Source: an uncultured Spirochaetota bacterium (GTDB lineage: Bacteria > Spirochaetota > Spirochaetia > SZUA-6 > Fen-1364). Taken from it: a stretch of DNA of 13,990 bases. The notes under the pieces were generated by a model. That model did no database searches. It was not told the origin of the DNA and saw only the letters and a program-made list of their open reading frames with translations. Each line of letters starts with the position of its first letter. Positions within the stretch are counted from its first letter, which is position 1. The stretch is from NCBI GenBank assembly GCA_963745235.1, contig CAVUXE010000061.1, positions 1 to 13,990 of the forward strand, in the 5' to 3' direction. The position numbers were made by a program, and so were the translations under genes. Below, one piece after another: positions 1-9,322 of this stretch.

Positions 1-89
1 GGGAGCGAGCTAAGGTTGCCTGCAGGCTCCCAAAGTCGGACGCTTGGAGCAACTAATGACTGGGGATGATATCATTTGGAGCGCCAGGC

Positions 90-539
90 TTAGGGGTCAA
101 GAGCAGCCGCTGGTCCAGAACTCCAAAATCCATAAACGCAACGTGTTCCTCCACGCGAGGGATCACTGGTGTCATGTATAACCCCGTTGATTACAGCGCA
201 TTCGTGCTTGCTGACGGTGACAATCAGACGCCCCATCGGAAGCTCGCCGTCGCGCAGGTGAACACGACAACCGGTCCCGATGCCCATTGTTGGCGTAAAG
301 TTCCATCCAATTCCCTGGAGGTAGCGGCGAATGGTTTGCCGATAGACACCGTTTCGCGCAGATGAGACTCCACGCTTGCTCTTGCCGGTGCGTTCGCTTT
401 TTGCTAGGGCATTAAGAGAGTGATACACGGTCAAGTAGTCTTGGCGCGTTGCAATCGCGATAGCGCGGGTGACACAATCTCCAGCGTCTCCGCGAAAGCC
501 CGCGGCTGCACGTCCGCCGTCATCATATTGGAAACGCAT
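90..539 (-). CDS. Hypothetical phage/MGE-type protein with a possible papain-like Cys-His-Asp catalytic set
   Basis: Starting at ATG 539 gives MRFQYDDGGRAAAGF..., 149 aa (the ORF track start at 575 adds 12 aa). The pattern GDCVTRAIAIAT ... SKHECAVINGVIHD ... CVYGFW resembles small phage hypothetical proteins. Function is inference. Confidence 0.7.
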   Translation of the reverse strand: MRFQYDDGGRAAAGFRGDAGDCVTRAIAIATRQDYLTVYHSLNALAKSERTGKSKRGVSSARNGVYRQTIRRYLQGIGWNFTPTMGIGTGCRVHLRDGELPMGRLIVTVSKHECAVINGVIHDTSDPSRGGTRCVYGFWSSGPAAALDP

Positions 540-888
540 GCGTCGGCTGTCCGTTCGAACTTGCTCGTTTAACATATCGGCGCTTTCTTACCCAGGATGA
601 TGCCTTTGAAAGTCAAACGGTTGGCCGCCTCGCAGAAAGTCACCCCTGCTCTCCTCTTGAACAAAAACAGCCTTGGGTTATCAACCACACCGACGGTTGC
701 GTGTGAAAGACCTTAGCCTTTTTCGGCAAAGTCCGAGAATGTTATATAAGCTCTCATTGTCTAACAGGCGAGGGGAGCAGTAAAGGCAGAGGACCTATCT
801 CGCCCGCCAAGGCCGCAACGTCTTGTTGCAACAGCACGGCAAGCTGTAGTTCTTTTTTGCTCAGAAAGTCTCTACCCCGGGCCGCCGG

Positions 889-1276
<388 letters not shown>

Positions 1277-1378
1277 TGACGATTTCTTCCGTCCGCGGCC
1301 ACGCCAACTTTGGTAGAGGGCTTCCTTCGTCCAGCTCTTGGAAGCGTTGCTTTCTAACAATTTCTCAGTCCCTTTGGA

Positions 1379-1409
1379 TTGACAATTGTATATGTTCATC
1401 GTATACATT
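1379..1409 (+). promoter_or_regulatory. Sigma70-type promoter of brnTA with an overlapping inverted-repeat operator
   Basis: TTGACA (1379-1384), then 17 nt to TATACA (1402-1407) or 19 nt to TACATT (1404-1409). Inverted repeat TGTATA-N9-TATACA at 1387-1407. Confidence 0.7.
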
Positions 1410-1413
1410 GTAC

Positions 1414-1734
1414 GTGAGTCTGCTCGACGAGTTCTTTGAAACTCTGGAAGGCTTTCAGTGGGATCAAGGCAATTCCGAAAAGATCTGGGTAAGACATGAA
1501 GTGTCCCAAGCTGAGTGCGAGCAGCTGTTCCTCAATCGACCAATTGTCGTAACCTTTGACGAGGACCATTCTAAGCTGGAACGGAGGTTCGTGGCGTTGG
1601 GGCATACTGACTCTGGCCGCCAACTAACTGTCGTTTTCACTATCCGCGGCTCGTTGCTGCGAGTTATTTCAGGTCGGCCTATGAGCCGGCGAGAACGGGG
1701 GATCTATGCCAAGCGCACGCAAACCGGTACCTGA
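1414..1734 (+). CDS. brnT: BrnT family ribonuclease toxin (type II TA)
   Basis: GTG start at 1414 is in frame with ORF 1276..1734. Typical BrnT pattern FQWDQGNSEK..HEVS...DEDHS..ERRFVALG...LTVVFTIRG..LRVISGRPM..RER..Y. Overlaps the downstream antitoxin. Confidence 0.9.
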   Translation: MSLLDEFFETLEGFQWDQGNSEKIWVRHEVSQAECEQLFLNRPIVVTFDEDHSKLERRFVALGHTDSGRQLTVVFTIRGSLLRVISGRPMSRRERGIYAKRTQTGT

Positions 1735-2074
1735 GTTCAGGTCAGAAGCCGAAGAACGTGCCTTTTGGGAAGAGCACGATACGGCTGACTATCTGGACTG
1801 GTCGCGGGCAGAGGTCGTCCGGTTTCCGAACCTCAAGCTGTCTACTTCCACAATTTCGCTACGGCTTCCGGCTCAGCTTCTCGCAGACCTGAAGCTCCTG
1901 GCCAACAAGCGTGATGTACCATATCAGTCGCTGCTCAAGGTTTATCTAGCGGAACGGATTGCGGCGGAAAGCGCCAAGGCACGCCCCAGCAAACCTTCGC
2001 GACGCTCTAAGTCACCTTCGTCCTCCAAAAGGGGAACGAGGCTTGCGAAGAGGGATCACTCACGATCGAGCTGA
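1706..2074 (+). CDS. brnA: BrnA / CopG-type (ribbon-helix-helix) antitoxin
   Basis: PEFRSEAEERAFWEEHDTADYLDW...TISLRLP..LL..LK..A.KRDVPYQSLLKVYL matches the CopG-antitoxin/BrnA signature. Directly downstream of brnT. Confidence 0.88.
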   Translation: MPSARKPVPEFRSEAEERAFWEEHDTADYLDWSRAEVVRFPNLKLSTSTISLRLPAQLLADLKLLANKRDVPYQSLLKVYLAERIAAESAKARPSKPSRRSKSPSSSKRGTRLAKRDHSRSS

Positions 2075-2119
2075 GGTGAATATCCGTGACTGATTCCGCC
2101 TCACGCACTGGGGTGAGCT

Positions 2120-4595
2120 TTGGTGAGCGACAGCCATAGCAACGATGCGCGACGGCGAATACTCGCCGAACAGATAGCTCGGGAAGAACAGCGTATTTCG
2201 GAAATCCACGCTGAGCTAAAACGGCGCCATGCCCTAGTTTCTTCTTTCAAGGAGCAGTTGGCTGGGCTTCAGCCAATGGCCAACGGATTGACAGTGCTTG
2301 ACGAAGGCACAACGTCGACGACAACAACCCTCTCAAGCGAGGAGAAAGTGCGACTGTTTCGTTCGCTGTTTCGCGGTCGAGAGGACGTTTTCGCGCGTCG
2401 CTGGGAGAGCCGCAGGACGGGAAAGGCTGGCTATTCGCCGGCTTGCGCGAACGAGTGGGATCCGGTGCTCTGCGGAAAAGCAAGAGGTCCAGGAAGCACC
2501 CGAAAGGCAAACTGCCTTGAATGCTGTGAGCATGCGTTCTTTCGCGTTACCGACGAGGAAATCGAGAAGCATCTCAAAGGCTTTCAAGTCATGGGGGTAT
2601 ACCCGCTTCTCACCGATGAAACATGCTGGTTTCTTGCCGCGGACTTCGACGACGGCGCGTGGCAGGAAGATGTAGCTTCGTTCCGTGAAGCGTGTCATTC
2701 ACACGACGTTCCCGTGGCGATCGAGCGATCGCGTTCGGGCAACGGTGCGCACGCTTGGCTCTTCTTTTCCGAACCCGTCCCCTCCAGCCTTGCGAGGAAC
2801 TTGGGGTGTTTCTTGATAACCGAATCCATGGCTCGTCGCCACCAACTTTCGATGTCGTCCTATGATCGGCTTTTCCCAAACCAGGATACGCTCCCCAAGG
2901 GTGGCTTCGGCAACCTCATTGCCCTTCCCCTTCAGCGTGAATCAAGGGCGGGAGGCAATTCGGTATTCGTTGATGCATCACTCACTCCCTATGCAGACCA
3001 GTGGGCTTTCTTGTCGAGTATTCGGCGCACCGATTTGAATCGTGTTCGGGAAATCGTTCAAGACGCGGGTCGCCGCGGCCAAGTGATGGGTCTGCGAATG
3101 GTCGATACCGAGGAGGAATCCGGACGTACTCCGTGGAAACGGCCTCCATCCGGCTACGAGGAACGGGTGTCCATAAGTGAGGCCCTTCCGCGCGAGGTGC
3201 ACGCTGTCATCTCTCAACGCTTGTTTCTCGAACGAAACGGCCTTCCCTCTCCTCTTCTGAATCAGATCAAACGCCTGGCTGCCTTCCAGAATCCGGAGTT
3301 TTACAAGAGGCAGAGCATGAGGCTTTCCACTGCACTCACCCCCAGGGTTATTGCATGTACAGAAGAGCTCTTCGAGCACATCGCCCTGCCTCGTGGGTGC
3401 TGGCCCGATGTTGAAGCCCTATTGAACGAACACGGCATTGCCCTCTTGGTCGAAGACAAGCGCGAGGAGGGTACGGCGCTTGAATGCTCCTTCACAGGTA
3501 CTCTCACCTCGAGTCAGAAGCGAGCTGCAAGGGCTCTCTTGGCTCACGATATTGGCGTTCTGGTGGCGCCTCCGGGAACGGGCAAGACCGTCGTGGGGAC
3601 TTTTCTGATCACCATGCGGCGTCGGAATACGCTCGTTCTTGTTCACCGCAAGCCTCTCCTCGATCAATGGGTCGCTCAACTTGCGTTGTTCCTTGGCAAG
3701 GAACCTAAAGAAATCGGCCAGATCGGCTCTGGGAAGAACAAACCTACTGGCGAGATCGATGTGGCGATGATGCAGAGCCTGGTTCGACTTGGCCGCGTAG
3801 CTGACCTTGTGGCTGGCTACGGACATGTCATAGTGGATGAGTGCCACCACATCCCGGCCATTTCCTTCGAGCGAGTACTTTCAGAAGTGAAAGCCAAATT
3901 TCGTCATGGGGCTTACCGCAACTCCACGTCGCCGGGACGGGCAGCAGCCTATCCTTTATATGCAACTCGGCCCTGTCCGATTCAGTGTCGATTCTCGAAC
4001 CAAGAGCGCACAACGGCCATTTGAGCAGTCTCTCATTGTCCGCGAGACTACGTTCCTTCCTGAGGCGCAGACCGATCAAACCAGCATCCAGCAGCTGTAT
4101 GCGATGCTGGCGGCTGATGAGGCGCGCAATGATCTCATCTGCACGGATGTGATCCGAGCCCTTGAGGAGGGTCGCTCACCTATCGTGCTCACGGAGCGGC
4201 GCGATCACCTGGAAAGGCTGGCCGACAAGCTGCGTGTGTACGTTCCGCATCTTGTCGTGCTCCATGGAACAATGAAGACTTCGGTGCGTCGTGAGGCCCT
4301 CGTACACTTCGCCACGGTGCCCGACGGCAAGCCGCGGCTTCTGCTTGCAACAGGGCGATACATAGGGGAAGGATTCGACGATGCACGACTGGACACCTTG
4401 TTTCTCGCCCTGCCGGTGTCGTGGAAAGGGACGCTGATTCAGTACTCGGGCCGTCTCAATCGCCTTCATGCCGGCAAGACAGAAGTGCGGATATACGATT
4501 ACGTGGACCGAAAAATCCCAATGCTTCTTCGGATGTTCGAAAAGCGTCTTCGTGGCTATCGGGCAATAGGGTATGTTCGTGAAAAGGACGATTGA
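2120..4595 (+). CDS. AEP (archaeo-eukaryotic primase-like, TOTE-type) domain fused to an SF2 DExH helicase (type III restriction Res-like); interrupted by a 1-nt frameshift near 3899-3901
   Basis: AEP motifs LAADFDD, ERSRSGNGAHAW and DRLFPNQD..GGFGNLIALPLQ, plus a Cys cluster (CAN..C..CLEC). Walker A APPGTGKT and DECH lie in ORF 2120..4024. Motif III (GLTATP), EGFD and motif VI QYSGRLNR lie in ORF 3906..4595. Removing one T from AAATTTCGTC restores AKFVMGLTATP, about 824 aa. The start may be TTG 2120 or GTG 2123. Confidence 0.85.
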
Positions 4596-4609
4596 GAGAC
4601 GGGAACAAG

Positions 4610-4957
4610 ATGAAACGCAAGCAACAAAGACCGGGCCGACGCGGCTCACTATCCCCCTCGCCGCTTGAGCGAATGATCTCAGAGGCAATCGTCGACTGCT
4701 ACAATGAGAGTGAGCAGGCGATGGGTCTTTTCGCTATGGTCGAGGAGAATCTCCGCCTCCCGTTCTCAACCATGGTGCTTGGCATCCAGGTCAAAGTGCA
4801 GAAAGTCGAACTCAATGACGCGGGAGAAATTGTCGCGGTTTGTTCCAGAGGCCCGGAGAAGCAGCGGATTCCATTAGTGGACCTTGTCCTTCCATCTCCT
4901 CGACCTGAAGGGGCAGAGTGGATTGAAGCGTATCGTCGCTGGGCGAGAGGAAGATAA
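4610..4957 (+). CDS. CcbP-like ('calcium-binding protein') family hypothetical protein
   Basis: ATG 4610. EAIVDCYNESEQAMG...LRLPF...IPLVDL...EWIEAYRRW resembles the CcbP-family pattern. Lies 14 nt after the helicase stop. Confidence 0.7.
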   Translation: MKRKQQRPGRRGSLSPSPLERMISEAIVDCYNESEQAMGLFAMVEENLRLPFSTMVLGIQVKVQKVELNDAGEIVAVCSRGPEKQRIPLVDLVLPSPRPEGAEWIEAYRRWARGR

Positions 4958-5057
4958 CCATTAGGCACGGCTATTCGGGAATCACAGACATCGGCGAGCC
5001 CGACCTCCGTTAGCTGGCGCAAGACGAGAGCCTGTTGGGAAAGAACTCGCCGATATA

Positions 5058-5250
5058 GTGCCCGATAAAGGATATGAGAAAAATCCGCAATTCTTTGCAA
5101 ATTGATCCAAACCGATGCTTCCGCCGCCGCGGTGCTACTCGAAGTCCTGTGAGACGGAATGTCAGAAAAGCCATCGGGCGTAGCCGCTTTGGATCCACAT
5201 TGGTCCAAGTTCTTCCATATACCTGTAATTTTCAACGGTTCCTAAAACCG
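5058..5250 (+). repeat. Diverged direct copy of the flanks of the att-like site at 889-1276, lacking the tRNA core
   Basis: 5058-5080 vs 889-911: 19/23 identical, continuing to TTGCAAAT..CAAA (about 5111 vs 943). 5114-5154 vs 1140-1180: 34/41. The final 63 nt (to 5250 vs 1276): 42/63. Counted by eye. Confidence 0.8.
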
Positions 5251-5508
5251 CGGCGCTTCATTCTGTCTACGCCCCGATAAATCCGTGCAACACTGGGCGG
5301 GAGTGGCAGTGCCGATCTTCTAGGTGCTCAGCGCACGCTACCGTTTCGACATGGGAACAGAACAATCAGACCGCGCCGGAAGCCGGAGCCAACAGCAACT
5401 TCCGCAATTCCATTGGCCTGACCCTTGGCGGGCAGAATCGGCCGTTCGGGGATCTCTCGTCCTCATTGCCTGCGACGCCGTTCGAACTCTGCACCTTGTT
5501 TGGCGCGC

Positions 5509-5540
5509 TCGTTGACAACGAAAGCACGAGACAATACCCT
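5509..5540 (+). promoter_or_regulatory. Sigma70-type promoter of the ABC/deaminase operon with a palindrome over the -35 box
   Basis: TTGACA (5512-5517), 17 nt spacer, TACCCT (5535-5540). Palindrome TCGTTG-A-CAACGA at 5509-5521. GAGG RBS before ATG 5570. Confidence 0.6.
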
Positions 5541-5569
5541 GGGAGAAGGAAGAATATGGCGAGAGGCAA

Positions 5570-6388
5570 ATGCAGAGATCACTGTACTGGATACTGATTG
5601 CACCGGGTGTCCTGCTCTTGGCTGTCTTCCTTTTCTATCCGCTCATCGTCGTCCTCATTCCCACCTTCGGAGCCGGAAAAGCGCTCGGCGGCCGCTACGT
5701 AGCATTCTTTGCGGATCCCTACTATCTCAAGATCTTTGCGCGCACGATCTGGATCGGCCTTGCTGCCACGGCCGTTTGCGTCGTTCTGGGCGTTCCAACT
5801 TCCTATTTCATTTCCCGCAGAAGCAGCCGGGCCAAGTCGATTCTGATGGCAGTCTCGATTTTTCCGCTCCTCACGAACGCCGTCGTGCGAGCCTTCGCGT
5901 GGATCATCGTCCTGGGACGGGACGGAGTCGTGAACTCCCTCCTCCTGGCGCTGAAGTGGATCGACAGGCCCCTCACTCTTCTGTACACGGACTTTTCGAT
6001 TCTAGTCGGCACGATCTATCTCTTCCTGCCCCTCATGCTCATTACCCTCGTCGGCAGTATGGACACCATCGAAGAGGAAGTGACGGAAGCCGCTGAAAGC
6101 CTGGGAGCCAGCCGCTTTGGGACTTTCCTGAGGGTGGTGTTTCCGTTGAGCCTGCCCGGTATCCTCATCGGCAGCGTGCTCGTTTTCACGGGAGCCATCA
6201 CCGCGTATACGACCCCTACGCTGCTCGGCGGCAATAGAAGCATGCTGCTGGCTACATTGATCTACCAGCGCGCGATGAGTCTCTCCGACTGGACCGGCGC
6301 CGGTGTGATAGCGCTCGTCATGATCGTCGTGACCCTTGCGGTGGTGAAAGGAATGCAGGACTTCGCCCGGCGTCTGGACCGAAGATGA
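5570..6388 (+). CDS. ABC transporter permease (PotB-like)
   Basis: Multiple hydrophobic TM segments; EAA loop EAAESLGASRFGTFLRVVFPLSLPG; FPLLTNAVVRAFAW and YTTPTLLGG patterns. Confidence 0.92.
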   Translation: MQRSLYWILIAPGVLLLAVFLFYPLIVVLIPTFGAGKALGGRYVAFFADPYYLKIFARTIWIGLAATAVCVVLGVPTSYFISRRSSRAKSILMAVSIFPLLTNAVVRAFAWIIVLGRDGVVNSLLLALKWIDRPLTLLYTDFSILVGTIYLFLPLMLITLVGSMDTIEEEVTEAAESLGASRFGTFLRVVFPLSLPGILIGSVLVFTGAITAYTTPTLLGGNRSMLLATLIYQRAMSLSDWTGAGVIALVMIVVTLAVVKGMQDFARRLDRR

Positions 6389-7176
6389 TGGCGGCCAGGA
6401 AGCATCTCTGGTTGACGGTGTATTCCGTCGGCGTCTTCCTCTTCCTGGTGACGCCTCTGGTGATCATTGCGATCACGGCGTTCGGAGAGGCCAGCACCAT
6501 CCGCTTTCCCATTCAAGGCTTCACCGTGAAGTGGTTCATTGCAGTCTTCGATTCTCATTCATTCATGTCGTCCCTCGGGTTGAGCTTCATGCTCGCCATC
6601 TATGCGACGCTCCTCGCTCTGGCGGTTGGAATCCCCGCGTCGTACGCGCTGGGAAGGACGGCATTCAGGCGCAACTCGTTTCTCAGGTCGCTCTTCCTGT
6701 CTCCGGTCTTCGTCCCCGGAATTGTCGTAGGCTATGCCCTGTTCAAATTCCTTGTGATCGCGATGCGCCTGCCGGTCCTCGCCGGGCTCGTGATGGGGCA
6801 CTTCCTCGTGATTCTCCCCTATGTCATCCGCGTGGTCGGCGCGAGTCTGGAGCACTTCGACTTCTCCGTGGAGGAAGTTGCACGCAGCCTCGGCTGCAAC
6901 CGGGCGCAGGCCTTTGTGAAAGCGGTGCTGCCGAACATCGGCTCCGGCATCATCGCCGCGTTCATGCTCGCCTTCATCAATTCGTTCAACAATGTGCCCG
7001 TCTCGATGTTCCTGAGCGGCCCCGGGGTGTCCACGTTTCCCCGTACGCTCATCAGCTACATCGAGTACAGCTACGACCCTTCGGTGTCCGCGGTTTCGGT
7101 TCTTCTCATGGCCGTCACCGTAGCTTTGATGTTTCTCATGGAAAGAACGCTGGGCATCGGAGCCCTCGCGGAATAG
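6385..7176 (+). CDS. ABC transporter permease (PotC-like)
   Basis: TM segments; FPIQGFTVKWF; EAA loop EEVARSLGCNRAQAF..VLP; ATGA overlap with the upstream permease. Confidence 0.92.
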   Translation: MMAARKHLWLTVYSVGVFLFLVTPLVIIAITAFGEASTIRFPIQGFTVKWFIAVFDSHSFMSSLGLSFMLAIYATLLALAVGIPASYALGRTAFRRNSFLRSLFLSPVFVPGIVVGYALFKFLVIAMRLPVLAGLVMGHFLVILPYVIRVVGASLEHFDFSVEEVARSLGCNRAQAFVKAVLPNIGSGIIAAFMLAFINSFNNVPVSMFLSGPGVSTFPRTLISYIEYSYDPSVSAVSVLLMAVTVALMFLMERTLGIGALAE

Positions 7177-7184
7177 GAAAGCTC

Positions 7185-8222
7185 ATGCCATACGTGGAAT
7201 TGGAGAATATTCGGGTCTCCTACGACGGCAAGACAATTGTTCTCGATGGATTGAACATGTCCATCACAAAAGGGGAGCTTGTTTCCCTTCTCGGGTCCAG
7301 CGGCTGCGGAAAGACGACGACGCTTCGCGTGGTGGCGGGATTCATCGAGCCTGCCAGGGGACGTTTCCTGCTGAACGGCAGGGACCTGACTCGAACGGCG
7401 GTCCACAGGCGCAATTTCGGTCTGGTCTTTCAGAGCTACGCATTGTTTCCACACCTGACGGTGTTCGACAACATTGCTTTCGGGCTCACGTTGCGGAAGG
7501 TGGATGCAAAGGAAAAAAAGAAGCGGGTAGAGGAGGCGCTCGACTTCACCGATTTGTTTGATCTTGCGCGTCGCTACCCAAAGCAACTTTCCGGCGGACA
7601 GCGCCAGCGCGTGGCACTGGCCCGCGCGCTGGTTATCCAACCTGAGCTTCTCCTCCTCGATGAGCCGCTGAGCAATCTCGATGCGAAACTGCGTCTGGAA
7701 ATGCGGGTGGAGATCAAACGACTGCAAAAGAGACTCGGCATCACCACGATCTTTGTGACGCATGACCAGGAGGAATGTTTCTCGATTTCCGACCGTGTGG
7801 CGATCATGAACAAGGGCGCAATCGAGCAGTTCGACAAGCCGGAAGCCATCTATTCGAGCCCTGCAAACGAGTTTGTCGCGCGCTTCGTCGGGTTCACGAA
7901 CTTCTTCGATCTGACCAAGGTAGGCGCGAGGCGGTTTCGGGCCCCTCATGGCGGGGAGATCGACGTGGATGGAGATCGGGACGTCCAGAGGTGCGTTGGC
8001 GCGATCCGTCCAGAGGACATCGAGCTGTCGGCGGCAAGGATCGGCCACAGCAACACCGTTGCAGGGATGGTCGAGGTCCGCACCTTCCTTGGAAAGAGCT
8101 ACCAATACGAGCTGTCGACGGACATAGGCCGTCTTGTGGCCAACGCGCCAAAGGATTTTGCTTTCGAGCCGGGAACCCGGATCTTTGCCAGATTCCCGTC
8201 GGAAAGAATAGTATTATGCTAG
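7185..8222 (+). CDS. ABC transporter ATP-binding subunit (PotA-like, C-terminal TOBE)
   Basis: Real start ATG 7185 (MPYVELENI) within ORF 6531..8222, with AGGA upstream. Walker A GSSGCGKT, Q-loop FQSYALFPH, LSGGQ, LLLDEP, H-loop VTHD. Confidence 0.95.
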   Translation: MPYVELENIRVSYDGKTIVLDGLNMSITKGELVSLLGSSGCGKTTTLRVVAGFIEPARGRFLLNGRDLTRTAVHRRNFGLVFQSYALFPHLTVFDNIAFGLTLRKVDAKEKKKRVEEALDFTDLFDLARRYPKQLSGGQRQRVALARALVIQPELLLLDEPLSNLDAKLRLEMRVEIKRLQKRLGITTIFVTHDQEECFSISDRVAIMNKGAIEQFDKPEAIYSSPANEFVARFVGFTNFFDLTKVGARRFRAPHGGEIDVDGDRDVQRCVGAIRPEDIELSAARIGHSNTVAGMVEVRTFLGKSYQYELSTDIGRLVANAPKDFAFEPGTRIFARFPSERIVLC

Positions 8223-8250
8223 CGGCCATTCGTCGCGTAAGGAGTACAAC

Positions 8251-9312
8251 ATGAGAACGGGCGTGTCTGTGGCGCTTGTCGCCGTCCTGGTCTGGTTTGC
8301 GGCTGGGGCCGCCGGCGCGGAGGATTCCAGCAGTGCCGGAGCGTCGGGAAACCGAACGCTGGTCGTATCGACGTGGGGGCTGGGTGAGGACGTGCTGTGG
8401 CGGGACGTCTACACGCCATTCGAGAAGAAGTACAACTGCAAGGTGGTGCTGGAGCTGGGAACCACGCCCGAGCGCTACACGAAGCTCGCGGCCGACCCGA
8501 ACTCCACCGTCGACGTGATAGAGCTCTCCCAGAAGGCAGCGGCGGATGGCTACGCGGCGAACCTGTTTGCCAAGATCGATTACAGCAAGATTCCGAACGC
8601 GAAATACCTGATAGGCCCCGCCAAGAGCCTGACAAAGAACGGATACGGCCCCGCATACACGGTCAACAGCATAGGCATCATCTACAATCCAAAGGCCATC
8701 GGGTTTCCCATGAAGGACTGGGCCGATCTCTGGCGTCCCGAGCTGGCGAATCAGATTTCCATCCCGGCAATCACGTCCACGTTCGGGCCAGCCATGGTTT
8801 ACGTCGCAGCGGACTACGCCAAGGTCCCCGTGACGGAGGACAATGGCGCCGCCGCCTTCAAGGCGCTGGCGGAGCTCAAGAAGAACATCGTGAAGACGTA
8901 CGAAAAGTCCTCCGACCTCGCGAACATGCTCGCCAGCGGGGAAATAGCCGCTGCCGTGGTCGGGGATTTCGCCATTCCCATCATCACCAAGGCCGTGCCA
9001 GAAGCGAAATACCTGGTTCCCCTCTCCGGTACGTACGCGAACTTCAACACAATCGACGTCGCTGCCGCCTCCAAGAACAAGGATCTGGCCTACGCCTACA
9101 TCAACTGGCGCATCAGCGCGGAGCTTCAGAACAAAACGGCCGTCTCCCTGAACGAGGCACCCATCAACTCCATGGTCAAGCTCAGCGCGGGGCAGGCCGC
9201 GCGGATGACGTACGGCGACGTGGCCAGGCGCGCCAGGACCATCGACTACGTTTTTGTGAACCCCCTGATGAATGGCTGGGTGGATTCCTGGAACCGTACT
9301 CTCAACGATTGA
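8251..9312 (+). CDS. ABC transporter substrate-binding protein (PotD/PotF-like cluster)
   Basis: AAGGAG RBS; N-terminal signal peptide (AGA-E like cleavage); LVVSTWG, KIDYSKIPN, WADLWRPEL and AYAYINW patterns. Confidence 0.92.
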   Translation: MRTGVSVALVAVLVWFAAGAAGAEDSSSAGASGNRTLVVSTWGLGEDVLWRDVYTPFEKKYNCKVVLELGTTPERYTKLAADPNSTVDVIELSQKAAADGYAANLFAKIDYSKIPNAKYLIGPAKSLTKNGYGPAYTVNSIGIIYNPKAIGFPMKDWADLWRPELANQISIPAITSTFGPAMVYVAADYAKVPVTEDNGAAAFKALAELKKNIVKTYEKSSDLANMLASGEIAAAVVGDFAIPIITKAVPEAKYLVPLSGTYANFNTIDVAAASKNKDLAYAYINWRISAELQNKTAVSLNEAPINSMVKLSAGQAARMTYGDVARRARTIDYVFVNPLMNGWVDSWNRTLND

Positions 9313-9322
9313 CGGAGCTTCT

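Noticed and set aside
4952-5015. Integron attC-like site (AGATAAC...GTTAGCT, containing the stop codon of the CcbP-like gene)
   Set aside because: The ends are near-complementary, but the L boxes do not pair at canonical spacing and no array or integrase is visible. IntegronFinder would settle it.
5235-5250. TTCCTAAA inside a small hairpin, identical to the Arg anticodon-loop core
   Set aside because: Only an 8-mer, with no T arm following; the aligned position in the other copy differs. Probably chance.
5251-5569. Purine riboswitch upstream of the deaminase operon
   Set aside because: No recognisable purine-riboswitch consensus, and the predicted promoter leaves only a short leader.
6531-7184. 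218-aa N-terminal extension of the ABC ATPase
   Set aside because: Overlaps the permease in another frame; the real start is ATG 7185.
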